Assembly: GCA_965214405.1 (NCBI GenBank) | Contig: OZ243956.1 | Span: 3,680,001-3,744,000 of the forward strand | From: Trueperaceae bacterium | Lineage (GTDB): Bacteria; Deinococcota; Deinococci; Deinococcales; Trueperaceae | Direction: 5' to 3' | Length of the DNA stretch: 64,000 nt | Shown here: positions 39,839 to 48,570 of the stretch, piece by piece | Position numbering within the stretch: position 1 is the first letter of the stretch | Layout of the letters: each line of letters opens with the position of its first letter | The notes under the pieces: generated by a model | Database searches by the model: none | What the model was told of the DNA's origin: nothing | What the model saw: the letters and a program-made list of their open reading frames with translations, nothing else | Program-made: the position numbers and the translations under genes

Positions 39839-41485
39839 CTAGCGCGCCGTGAGCGTGTAGGTGCCTGGGTCGCTCCCCGCGTTGTAGACGTCGATGTACC
39901 AGCGGCCCGCGTCGGGCGCGTCGACAGTGAGCAGCGCGCTCCCGCTGAGGGTGTTGTCGCGTTGCGTCCAGTCGCCGCCGTCATCCTCATCGGCGTAGCT
40001 CATGATTTCGCTCCCGAACTTCACGGCCAGATCAAAGTCGGCGTCCGCGTTCATGCGGACGCTCAACGTTTGGGTGCCCGGAGCGACGTCGACGAAATAG
40101 GTGTGGTAGCCCCCACTCAGCCCGGAAGCCGCGGCCTCGGCGGAAAACTCGCCCAGCGCGGTCTGCCCAAGTTTGAGCGGCTGGACGACGCCCGGCTCTT
40201 TTGTATAGACCGCTGCATAAGTCGTGGTGTAGGAGGTTACGAGGGTTGTTAAGCGGGTTGGTGTGGGACTCTCTGCGCCTGCGTCCGTGCCTAAGTCCGT
40301 GTAGGTCAGCAGGGGCGGGGCCGACGCGCGTGTGGGAGAGGGACGCGCCCGCCCTTCGCTTACCCGGAGGGTGTAGGGGAGCGGCGCGTCGCTCATGTTG
40401 AGCACGTCGATATAGAGCGTTCCCTCGGGGTGGCGGAGCGTATAGGAGGGATTCCCGTCGGCGCTCAGGTCCAAGTAGTCGGCGTCTGCGTAGCTGTAGA
40501 AGATAGAACCCGTGTTCACCGCCAGGTCGGCGTCGTGTCCCCCGCCGTCAACCGAGACGGTAAGCGCCCCCGTTCCCGGCGGCACCTCCACGGTGTAGGT
40601 GTGGTACGAAAAACTCTCAAAGGCGGGTTTGGGTGCAACGGTGCCCCTGGCGCTGCCGCCCACGTCAAGGCTCCCGTACGCGCCGCTGGGCCAGGGTCTT
40701 TGGGTGGGTGCCCCTCGAGCCGCCCTGCGAGCGCGAGAGGCCAAAGCGCCTCCGGCCCTCGAGGTGGTCACAAGGTCGTGAGCCAGATTCACGGGCCGCA
40801 GATAAGCTTGCTCTTCAAAGTCCTCTTCCTCGACCCAAACTTCCGTCGGCACCCCGACGAGTTCGCCCTGCTCATTGAAAGCAGCGCCGCCCGAATTGCC
40901 GTGCGCCAGCTTGGCGTCGGTTTTGAGCCACGCCTTGCCGCCCCCCACGTAGTCCTCGCCCAGCCAGCCGCTCACCAGACCGGAGGTAAAAGTAACCGTC
41001 GCACCCGAGATGCCGGGGTAGCCGACCACCACGACCTCGTCACCCGGCAGGAGGTCGTCTGAATCACCCATCGGTACGGCGGGAAAACGCACATCGGGCG
41101 AAAGGGGCGTTTCGTCGGCGTAGGCGGTGATTTTTAGGAGGGCCAGGTCGTTACCGGGGTCGCCGGAAATATATTCGGCCCAGTAGGCAAACTGCGGAGG
41201 CTGGTCGGCGGCGTCCGCCCGTGTGACGAAGACGGCGTGGTGCTCGAACGCCTCGCCCTTGTCCGGGTTGCCGACCACGTGGAAGTTGGTGAGGATGGTC
41301 CCGTCCGCACGGATGACGGTGCCCGACCCCGTCCAGGGCGCGAACTGCTGGCCTTGGTCGTCGTAGGGCACGATTTGGACGACGCTCTCGAGCATCCTCA
41401 CGCGAAGCTCGCGCGGCAGGCTTTGCGCGCCCGCAGGAGTAAAAAACCAGAATAGTATAAAGCACAGGGTCACGCTTCTTCTCAT
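39839..41485 (-). CDS. Secreted trypsin-like (S1) serine protease with two C-terminal PPC-like domains
   Basis: TNFHV, DLALL, GNSGG triad; DADLAV/DFDLAV and GRWYIDV PPC-type motifs. Confidence 0.85.
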   Translation of the reverse strand: MRRSVTLCFILFWFFTPAGAQSLPRELRVRMLESVVQIVPYDDQGQQFAPWTGSGTVIRADGTILTNFHVVGNPDKGEAFEHHAVFVTRADAADQPPQFAYWAEYISGDPGNDLALLKITAYADETPLSPDVRFPAVPMGDSDDLLPGDEVVVVGYPGISGATVTFTSGLVSGWLGEDYVGGGKAWLKTDAKLAHGNSGGAAFNEQGELVGVPTEVWVEEEDFEEQAYLRPVNLAHDLVTTSRAGGALASRARRAARGAPTQRPWPSGAYGSLDVGGSARGTVAPKPAFESFSYHTYTVEVPPGTGALTVSVDGGGHDADLAVNTGSIFYSYADADYLDLSADGNPSYTLRHPEGTLYIDVLNMSDAPLPYTLRVSEGRARPSPTRASAPPLLTYTDLGTDAGAESPTPTRLTTLVTSYTTTYAAVYTKEPGVVQPLKLGQTALGEFSAEAAASGLSGGYHTYFVDVAPGTQTLSVRMNADADFDLAVKFGSEIMSYADEDDGGDWTQRDNTLSGSALLTVDAPDAGRWYIDVYNAGSDPGTYTLTAR

Positions 41486-41728
41486 CTGATGCACGCTCTC
41501 TCCTAGAGAAAGTAAGGACACAAAGGTTTTTAGGCACGCTCTCACAGTTTTTCGTTCGTCCTACCCCAACAGCGTAGCCGTACCCCGCGCTTTTTGCGGT
41601 GACATTAGCGGAGATGCGGCGCTCGTGACGCGTTTCGCAGGGCGCACCGGTCAAGCCCTGCCGCGCCAAAGAGCCCAATCCCGAGCCCTAACCCGTGTTC
41701 CCGTCCCCGTCTTGGTATCATCTCCTAT

Positions 41729-42514
41729 ATGGCCGAACGGGACATCGCCGCGCTCGAGAGTTACCCCCTGGTGCCGCGGCTCCTTCACGACGTACACGAG
41801 GTGGACACCTCGGCGCGGCTTTTAGGCGAGGTGCGGAGCACGCCCATCGTGCCGCTCGTCGAGGGGGCGGCGCGGGGGGGCCTAGAACTCGCCGGGCTTA
41901 GCCTGGTCGAGGCGGGGGCGCTATTGGCGCAACCCGAGAGCTTCCGCTTTACCGAAGCCGTGCCGCTCCTCAAAACCGAAAAGATGGGCGGGCTCATGCC
42001 CAAGGTGCGCAGCTTAGCGGCGCGCGGCGTGCCCGCGGTGGCGTTGGATTTGAGCATTTTATCCGACACGCCCCCCTTTGGTAGTGAAGACTGGCGGCCC
42101 AAAACCCGCGAGGACTTGGCCGAACTGCGCGCCGCGGCGGGCTGCCCGGTCTGGCTCTACGGCGTCTGTAGCCCCTTAGACGCCGAGGTGGCGGTGGAGG
42201 CGGGGCTCGAGGCCCTAATCGTCCACGCCGGAGCCGGGTTTTATTTGGGCGGCCCCGCGACCATCGAGGTGTTCCCCGACATCTTCGATACGGTGGCGGG
42301 CATGATTTCCATCTACGCGGGCGGCCCCGTCCGCACAGGCATTGACGTGTTCCGCTACCTCGCGGTGGGCGCGGAGGCAGTCGTCGTTGACAGCGACCGC
42401 TCGCTCGCCAACTTGCGCGCCGAGTTGGAGTACGCCATGCGCCTCACCGGCTGCGCCACCTTGGCCGACATCGGCTATGAAGCCCTCTTCGCGCCCCTTT
42501 TCGGAGAGGTGTGA
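41729..42514 (+). CDS. Shortened FMN-dependent alpha-hydroxy-acid oxidase-like protein
   Basis: LVPRLL-x-DV-x2-VDT, GG-x-VRTG-x-DV, EL-x2-AMRLTGC; SNHGGR motif absent. Confidence 0.65.
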   Translation: MAERDIAALESYPLVPRLLHDVHEVDTSARLLGEVRSTPIVPLVEGAARGGLELAGLSLVEAGALLAQPESFRFTEAVPLLKTEKMGGLMPKVRSLAARGVPAVALDLSILSDTPPFGSEDWRPKTREDLAELRAAAGCPVWLYGVCSPLDAEVAVEAGLEALIVHAGAGFYLGGPATIEVFPDIFDTVAGMISIYAGGPVRTGIDVFRYLAVGAEAVVVDSDRSLANLRAELEYAMRLTGCATLADIGYEALFAPLFGEV

Positions 42515-42567
42515 ATGACTTTTCAGCCTCCATTGCGTGAACCAAAGGCAGTGACTATGACTTCAAA

Positions 42568-42600
42568 ACTCACCACTCACCACTCACCACTCACCACTCC
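42568..42600. repeat. Heptamer tandem repeat (ACTCACC)x4 plus partial
   Basis: Abuts the ruvA ATG at 42601. Confidence 0.9.
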
Positions 42601-43197
42601 ATGATTGCCTTTTTGGACGGCGTCGTCGCCGAGGTGCGCGACTCGAGCCTCATCCTCCAAGCGGGGGCGTTCGGCTTAGAAGTCTTCGCGCCCAAACCCA
42701 CCCTGATGGTGTGCCGACCCGGCGAGGCGCTGCGGCTCCACACGCACCTGGTCGTCAAGGAAGAACTGCTGGCGCTCTACGGCTTTCACGACGCGGACAT
42801 GCACCTGCTTTTCACCTACCTCATCGGCGTCTCGGGCATCGGCCCCAAGGGCGCGCTGGCGATGCTCTCGGCGATGCCCACGACAATTATCGCAGCGGGC
42901 ATTTTGCAGGGAGACGCGGGGCTTTTGGCGGGCGCGCCGGGCATCGGCAAAAAAACGGCGGAGCGGATTATTTTGGACCTCAAAAACAAGCTCCCCGAAC
43001 ACCTCATGGCGGCCTCGGGCGGGACGGTCAGGCCCAAGGCGATTCTGTCGGAAGCGGGCGCGGACGCGGTCGAGGCGCTCCTGGCGCTCGGCTACCGCGA
43101 GACGCAAGTGAAAATGACCGTCGCCGAACTCGCGCTTAAAGAGCCCGAGAGCACGCCGGAAACGCTTATTCGCAAGGCGCTGGCAAAGTTGCGCTAA
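42601..43197 (+). CDS. ruvA: Holliday junction branch migration protein RuvA
   Basis: MIAFLDG, LYGF, VSGIGPK, PGIGKKTAERI, ALLALGY. Confidence 0.96.
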   Translation: MIAFLDGVVAEVRDSSLILQAGAFGLEVFAPKPTLMVCRPGEALRLHTHLVVKEELLALYGFHDADMHLLFTYLIGVSGIGPKGALAMLSAMPTTIIAAGILQGDAGLLAGAPGIGKKTAERIILDLKNKLPEHLMAASGGTVRPKAILSEAGADAVEALLALGYRETQVKMTVAELALKEPESTPETLIRKALAKLR

Positions 43198-43199
43198 GA

Positions 43200-43221
43200 A
43201 CGAGACTCACCAGTTTGGCTT
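43200..43221 (+). repeat. Dispersed intergenic ~22-bp repeat (copy 2)
   Basis: ACGAGACTCACCAGTTTGGCTT; matches 29735-29756. Confidence 0.6.
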
Positions 43222-43236
43222 ACAGACAAAAATACA

Positions 43237-43263
43237 AGGCTCCTTCAGGTAAAGAAGGAGCCT
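43237..43263. terminator. Bidirectional hairpin terminator between ruvA and ald
   Basis: AGGCTCCTTC-aggtaaa-GAAGGAGCCT. Confidence 0.75.
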
Positions 43264-43278
43264 CTTGTTGTGCAGTGG

Positions 43279-44406
43279 CTAGGCGTGAACCGCGCGCCCC
43301 GCCAACGCCTTTTCTGCTGGGATGGCCTCGAGCCCAAACGCCTCACCCACCGCGTCGTAAGTCAGGTTCCCCTGGTGGGTATTGAGCCCCTTGAGCAGCG
43401 CGGGATTTTCCGGAAGCGCCTTCACGCCTTTTTCTGCGAGTTGCAAAGCGTAGGGCAGCGTCTGGTTGGACAACGCAGTAGTGCTCGTGTTGGGCACCGC
43501 GCCGGGCATGTTGGCGACGCCGTAATGCACCACGCCCCCCACCACGTAGGTCGGCTCGTCGTGGGTGGTGGGGCGGATTGTCTCAATGCAGCCGCCCTGG
43601 TCCACCGCCACGTCAACGATGACGCTGCCCGGCTTCATCGTCTCCAACATCGCCTCGGTCACGAGATGCGGCGCCCTAGCGCCCGGAATGAGCACCGCGC
43701 CGATGAGCAGGTCCGCCTTGGGAATAACGCTTGCAACGTTACCGGGGTTGCTGGCGAGCGTGCCTAAATGTCCGCTGAACACGTCATCGAGGTACTGAAG
43801 CCGCGCGTGCGAGATGTCCAAAATGGTCACGCGCGCGCCCAAACCGAGCGCAATTTTGGCCGCGTTGGTGCCCACCACGCCGCCACCCAGAATCACGACC
43901 TCGCCCGCCCCCACGCCGGGCACGCCGCCCAAGAGCACGCCGCGGCCTCCCAGAAACTTTTCTAAGTGATACGCCCCCACCTGCGGAGCCATCCGCCCCG
44001 CTACCTCACTCATGGGGGTGAGTAAAGGCAAACTGCCGTTAGGAAGCTGCACCGTCTCGTAGGCGATGGCGGTGGTGCCGGAGTTGAGAAGCGCCTCGGT
44101 TAAAGGGCGGTCGGCGGCTAAGTGCAAATAGGTAAACAGCAGCAGGTCATCGCGCAAAAAGCCGTACTCTTTTTTGACCGGTTCTTTGACCTTTAGCACC
44201 ATCTCCTGCGCCCAGGCCTCTCGAGCGCCCTCCACCAACGTCGCGCCCTGCGCCTCGTACTCGCTGTCCGCGAAGCCGCTGCCGACGCCCGCGCCCTCCT
44301 CCACAAAAACCTCGTGTCCTGCCGCGACGAGCGCGTGGACGGTGCCGGGGGTGGCGGACACGCGGTACTCGTGCTTTTTGACCTCTTTGGGGATGCCTAT
44401 AGTCAC
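43279..44406 (-). CDS. ald: Alanine dehydrogenase
   Basis: IGIPKE, TYLHLAA, PMSEVAGR, GGGVVG, VAVDQGG, VANMPGAVP; GTG after AAAGGAG. Confidence 0.96.
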   Translation of the reverse strand: MTIGIPKEVKKHEYRVSATPGTVHALVAAGHEVFVEEGAGVGSGFADSEYEAQGATLVEGAREAWAQEMVLKVKEPVKKEYGFLRDDLLLFTYLHLAADRPLTEALLNSGTTAIAYETVQLPNGSLPLLTPMSEVAGRMAPQVGAYHLEKFLGGRGVLLGGVPGVGAGEVVILGGGVVGTNAAKIALGLGARVTILDISHARLQYLDDVFSGHLGTLASNPGNVASVIPKADLLIGAVLIPGARAPHLVTEAMLETMKPGSVIVDVAVDQGGCIETIRPTTHDEPTYVVGGVVHYGVANMPGAVPNTSTTALSNQTLPYALQLAEKGVKALPENPALLKGLNTHQGNLTYDAVGEAFGLEAIPAEKALAGRAVHA

Positions 44407-44495
44407 GTCGTCTCCTTTACCCTCCAGTTTAATGCAAAGAGGTCTGCAAGGTGTGGATAAACACACGGATGACGGGACAACGGTGGAGGGCGGGG

Positions 44496-45014
44496 CTAGG
44501 GGGTGGGCTCGAGCCCAAATTCGCTTCTGCGCTCAGTCCCGTCTATAGAAGCGCTTCCTCTATATACCGACATATCACCCGCGGGCGGGTCGTTGTAAGG
44601 AAGATAGGGGAGGTAGGTAGCGCCTAGCCTCCACGTTGACCCGTCTAGTTCAAAGGACGCTTGAAAATTTGTCGGCGGGAGCGGCGACGTCAGCGCGTAT
44701 ATATAACCGGCACCTGAATATCCAGTGCCGCTGATGGGCGCAAACGCACTCCCGCCGACGCTCACGTCTCCCTCGAAAGTGTAAACGTAACACTTCCCCT
44801 CCCCTTCGTCCTCACACTCGGCGGTGAGGTTGACGAGCTCGAGCGCCACATCTTGACCCGCTGGAACGTTGAAGATGGTGCCTGACCAGTTCCCGCGGAG
44901 CACGCTCGGGTCGGTACCAAAGGGTAATTCGGTAGGAGGCGGAGGCTCGGGGTCCGTTTGACAGGCGGTCAACGCCAAAAGAACGGAAAGCACCGCAAAA
45001 AACGATTTTTTCAT
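44496..45014 (-). CDS. Lipoprotein, unknown function
   Basis: Lipobox LTAC. Confidence 0.75.
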   Translation of the reverse strand: MKKSFFAVLSVLLALTACQTDPEPPPPTELPFGTDPSVLRGNWSGTIFNVPAGQDVALELVNLTAECEDEGEGKCYVYTFEGDVSVGGSAFAPISGTGYSGAGYIYALTSPLPPTNFQASFELDGSTWRLGATYLPYLPYNDPPAGDMSVYRGSASIDGTERRSEFGLEPTP

Positions 45015-45027
45015 GCGCCTGATTTTA

Positions 45028-45966
45028 TCATCCCCACACGCGGAGCAGCTTCATCCTACCTTCATGATTCTCGGCCACCGCGACAAGGTCTTTTTCTTCA
45101 TCGACCAAACCGACGCGCCCCTCAAAGATTAGTCCCAACCGCTGCCCCTGCCTGACCCGCGCCACGTCTGCGTTGGAAAGCGTGACGAGCGGATAGGGGA
45201 GGGCGTCGGCGTTGGAGACGCCCTGAGTTTCGGGAACGGCTTCTAAAGAAACAGCCCCCTCGAGCCCACACGCCCCCGCCCGCGTCCTAACCAGGGCACT
45301 CAGGTGCGCGGGAACACCCAAGGCTGCGCCTAAGTCTCGAGCAAACGCCCGCACATACGTACCCGCCCCAACGCTCATGAAAAAGAGCGCGGTAGGAAAG
45401 TCGCCCAAGGTCTCGGGTAAGGCGAAGGTTACGCCTCGAGGGTTGGGCCGCCAGCCTCCCTCCGGGGAGAGGCTAAACGTTACCGGCAAGTCGTCCCGCG
45501 TTCCCCCGAAATCTAAGAGTTTAATGCTGTGGTAGGTCGCGGGGCGCGGGGGAAACTCTAAAGCCTCCCCCTTCCGCGCCGCCTCGTAGCCCTTGACGCC
45601 GCCTTTTTTTACCGCTGAATACTGTGGCGGCACCTGCTCGGTGAGGGTGAGAAAGGGCTCGAGCACCCCCTCAATTCGCTCCTTTGTAAGATGTAACGCG
45701 TCCCCCTCCGCTTCAATCGGCCCCTCCGCGTCCAAGGTCTTTGTACCCGCCCCAAACGACACCCACGCCAGATAGTCCTTGTCCGAGGCCGTGAGAAATG
45801 GGGAGAGTTTGGTTGCCTCTTCTGTGAGCAGCACGAGCACGCCCGTGGCGAGCGGGTCGAGCGTGCCCGCGTGGCCGACGCGCTTCGTACGGAGGAGCTT
45901 GCGCGCCCGCGCCACCACGTCGTGCGAGGTGAGGTGGAGAGGTTTATCAACGATGTAAACGGGCAC
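45028..45966 (-). CDS. truB: tRNA pseudouridine(55) synthase
   Basis: VDKP, GHAGTLDPLATG, PPQYSA, GTYVRA, LVRTR; start placed at GTG 45966. Confidence 0.93.
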   Translation of the reverse strand: MPVYIVDKPLHLTSHDVVARARKLLRTKRVGHAGTLDPLATGVLVLLTEEATKLSPFLTASDKDYLAWVSFGAGTKTLDAEGPIEAEGDALHLTKERIEGVLEPFLTLTEQVPPQYSAVKKGGVKGYEAARKGEALEFPPRPATYHSIKLLDFGGTRDDLPVTFSLSPEGGWRPNPRGVTFALPETLGDFPTALFFMSVGAGTYVRAFARDLGAALGVPAHLSALVRTRAGACGLEGAVSLEAVPETQGVSNADALPYPLVTLSNADVARVRQGQRLGLIFEGRVGLVDEEKDLVAVAENHEGRMKLLRVWG

Positions 45967-45967
45967 T

Positions 45968-46330
45968 TCAGGTTCCAGGAAACGTGGGACTAGGCGGTAC
46001 GTTGTTGACGCGCTGCACCCATTGTAGTTTGCCCGCACTAAAGCGCGCGACGTACTCGTACCATTCGCCCTCGAGCCGGTCGTAAAAGCGGAGGTCGCCG
46101 TGGTAGAGCAGGCATTCATCCCACTCCTGCACCACGACGAGCCGAAACCCAAGGGGGGACGCCTCATCTTCTTGCGATTCATAGCGTTTGGCGTGAAGAA
46201 CGAGCCGCCCCTCTCTGGTGATGCTGTAGTCGTCCAGGGCGCAAGCTAAGTCCTTGGTCTGAAACGCCGCGTCTTGGGCCTCGGCATCGGGCAAGGGGTA
46301 GTAACAGCGCACGTGGTCAAACATACCCAT
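45968..46330 (-). CDS. Hypothetical protein
   Basis: MGMFD...FQTKD...EY-x-ARF; ends 1 nt before the truB start. Confidence 0.7.
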   Translation of the reverse strand: MGMFDHVRCYYPLPDAEAQDAAFQTKDLACALDDYSITREGRLVLHAKRYESQEDEASPLGFRLVVVQEWDECLLYHGDLRFYDRLEGEWYEYVARFSAGKLQWVQRVNNVPPSPTFPGT

Positions 46331-46374
46331 AACCCATATATTCTAGCAGAAAGCAACCTTGTTCGTGTATACCC

Positions 46375-46403
46375 TTGACAAAATGTTGTAGATATACAAC
46401 AAT
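46375..46403 (+). promoter_or_regulatory. Promoter with palindromic operator in the spacer
   Basis: TTGACA 46375-46380; TGTTGTA-gata-TACAACA 46384-46401. Confidence 0.7.
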
Positions 46404-46435
46404 ACGTTTTAGAAAGAGAACGAGAGGAGGCGAGA

Positions 46436-46705
46436 GTGCCCAATGACAAACTGACCATCTACAACCGGCTGTCGGTCCTGCGCGCAGAGCGTGAGTTGTC
46501 TCGCCAGGAACTCGCCGACGCGATTGGCGTGAACTATCAGACGATTGGCTACTTGGAGCGCGGCGACTACAACCCGAGTCTGGAGTTGGCTTTCAAGCTG
46601 AGTGAGTATTTCGGCCTACCTATCGAAGTCATCTTTTCGACTAAACCCCTCAAACCCCTTAGTGAAGCTCTTATGGAGCTGAGAGAAAAGGAGAAAGCAG
46701 CATGA
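46436..46705 (+). CDS. XRE/Cro-type HTH transcriptional regulator
   Basis: NRLSVLRAE-x2-LSRQELA-x2-IGVNYQTIGYLERGDYNPSLELA; GAGGAG RBS. Confidence 0.93.
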   Translation: MPNDKLTIYNRLSVLRAERELSRQELADAIGVNYQTIGYLERGDYNPSLELAFKLSEYFGLPIEVIFSTKPLKPLSEALMELREKEKAA

Positions 46706-47184
46706 AACAACTCGTTTCGCCTATCGGTACACTCGACCTGAGCCGCACCGTTCGCAGAGCCCTTGTTACCCTGATGTACGGCGTCTACTTCGGACTCATC
46801 GTGTACTGGAGCTATTTGCCCAGTGACATGCCCAACGCCCAACTCGCCGTTGCCCAGTGGTTGACCCTAGCGGGCATCGCCCTCTTCGCCATCAGCTACC
46901 TAGTTCTCAACGTTTCGACTCGAGGCTTAGCCGACCGCTACACAAAAACCTTTACAAGCCAATCCCTAGACGAGCGCCAGCTCCTCCTTCGCAATCAGGC
47001 CTACTTTTGGGCCTACCTCATTCTCGGCGGGGTCATGTTCCTCCTTTTAGCCCTCGTTGACACCCTCGGCGTCGGCTGGACGCTCATTGCTTTGGGCGGC
47101 CTCTACACGTCTCTACCGACCGCGCTTATTGCCTGGCTCGAGCCCGACCCTATCACCGAAGATACTTTTAGGAAAGGGAATTAG
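46702..47184 (+). CDS. 4-TM membrane protein, LDERQ/WLEPDP paralogue 1 (DUF2178-like)
   Basis: RRALV, LDERQ, LP-x5-WLEPDP; ATGA overlap with the HTH gene. Confidence 0.8.
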   Translation: MKQLVSPIGTLDLSRTVRRALVTLMYGVYFGLIVYWSYLPSDMPNAQLAVAQWLTLAGIALFAISYLVLNVSTRGLADRYTKTFTSQSLDERQLLLRNQAYFWAYLILGGVMFLLLALVDTLGVGWTLIALGGLYTSLPTALIAWLEPDPITEDTFRKGN

Positions 47185-47185
47185 C

Positions 47186-47626
47186 ATGACAAGGTTACAG
47201 CGCCGTATCCTGGTCGTTTTGTTCGGTGGCTCGGTTGTTCTGTTTTCAGAAATACTCGACTCGAGCCTAGCTCCAACGTTTCATGCGGTTGCCGTCGTTC
47301 TCAGCATCTTGCTGTTTGCCCTGCTGCTGTACGTCACAAAAGCGCTCGCGTTCAAGTCGGTCAGCAAGTTGGACGAGCGCCAACTACAGGTGAGTCTAAA
47401 GGCGCAGCAGCGAGGACTCGGCTTTGCAACGACGCTTATAGTCCTGAGCCTGTTACGGCTGCTGGTCAAAACAAGGTCATTCGGTCCGAACATGAGCGTC
47501 AGCGTACCTGTTTCGGATGTGGTTTTGTGGCTTTACCTGCTGCTTGCGTTGTCTACTTGCGTCATTGCCTGGACAGAGCCCGACCCCCTTACAGAAGACG
47601 CTTTTGAAGAAAGGACTTTAGCATGA
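47186..47626 (+). CDS. 4-TM membrane protein, paralogue 2
   Basis: ATG 47186 after AGGAAAGGGA; RRILV, LDERQ, WTEPDP. Confidence 0.8.
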   Translation: MTRLQRRILVVLFGGSVVLFSEILDSSLAPTFHAVAVVLSILLFALLLYVTKALAFKSVSKLDERQLQVSLKAQQRGLGFATTLIVLSLLRLLVKTRSFGPNMSVSVPVSDVVLWLYLLLALSTCVIAWTEPDPLTEDAFEERTLA

Positions 47627-48075
47627 TGGCAAGCAGGTCGGTGCGGCGCGTTCTGGTCGTCTTTTACTATCTCACTCTGTTCGCGCTTTACCCGCTCCTC
47701 GCCGAGTGGTTGGGCATCCTCGCGGTGGTGCTCTTTTTGGTTCTGTCCCCCGCGAGCGCCAAGGGCACCGAGCTGCTGAAAGCTTACAACCAGGAAGATA
47801 TGAAGCTCGATGAGCGGCAGGAATCGCTCGTCAAAGACGCTTTTGTCACTGCTTACCTGCTGTTCGCGGGTCTACTCATCGCGACGAGTTTTGCCAACAT
47901 CTTTTTGGATACTGCGCCCGCTTGGATACTGGTGCTCAACGACCGGCTAATTTTCGGCCAACTCTTTAGCTTTAGAGTTTTGCTGCTCCTGGCCGTGACG
48001 CTGCCGCCCGCGGTCATCATGTGGCTCGAGCCCGACCCCGTCCGGGATGACGTTTTTGAAGGAGTCCGTCAATGA
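47623..48075 (+). CDS. 4-TM membrane protein, paralogue 3
   Basis: RRVLV, LDERQ, WLEPDP; ATGA overlap. Confidence 0.8.
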   Translation: MMASRSVRRVLVVFYYLTLFALYPLLAEWLGILAVVLFLVLSPASAKGTELLKAYNQEDMKLDERQESLVKDAFVTAYLLFAGLLIATSFANIFLDTAPAWILVLNDRLIFGQLFSFRVLLLLAVTLPPAVIMWLEPDPVRDDVFEGVRQ

Positions 48076-48485
48076 ACCCGACCCAAAGAACCCGCCGCAT
48101 CCTCGTCGTTGCGAGCGTGCTGCTGTATGTGCTCATTTTTATCCCGAGTCTGACCAGCTTTGCCTTTATTGGCGCTGTTGTCGTGGCGCAGATTGCGCTT
48201 TTTGCCTACGCCGGGCACGTCGGCAGGCACACCGCCGTCGCTGCCGACGAGACCTTAGACGAACGCCAGCGCGCCATTAAGCAGCAGGTTTTCCAAAGGA
48301 GCTACCACGTCATCATGGGGCTCGCGGTTTTTCTGTTGGTGATGGGCGGTCTTATGAGGGTGGATTGGTGGGTTGTTATTGCCTTTCTGGTGCTGGTGCT
48401 CACCTTACCGACCTACATGCTGTTATGGCTCGAGCCCGACCCGCCGGAGGACGAGACAATACCGAGTATGAAGCAAGCAGCCTGA
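48072..48485 (+). CDS. 4-TM membrane protein, paralogue 4
   Basis: RRILV, LDERQ, WLEPDP; ATGA overlap. Confidence 0.8.
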   Translation: MNPTQRTRRILVVASVLLYVLIFIPSLTSFAFIGAVVVAQIALFAYAGHVGRHTAVAADETLDERQRAIKQQVFQRSYHVIMGLAVFLLVMGGLMRVDWWVVIAFLVLVLTLPTYMLLWLEPDPPEDETIPSMKQAA

Positions 48486-48570
48486 GCGTTTCGGCCTCCA
48501 TCTTTGGATAGAAGCCTTTTTCATCCCGGTATGAGATACTCGGCCTCATGACGAAGGAGAGTGATAGGGA

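Noticed and set aside
41490..41720. Riboswitch or ncRNA in the divergent intergenic region
   Set aside because: GC-rich pairing is possible but no known aptamer consensus was recognised
45968..46705. Prophage remnant (small hypothetical gene plus XRE regulator)
   Set aside because: No integrase, structural or lysis genes; the XRE is coupled to the membrane array instead
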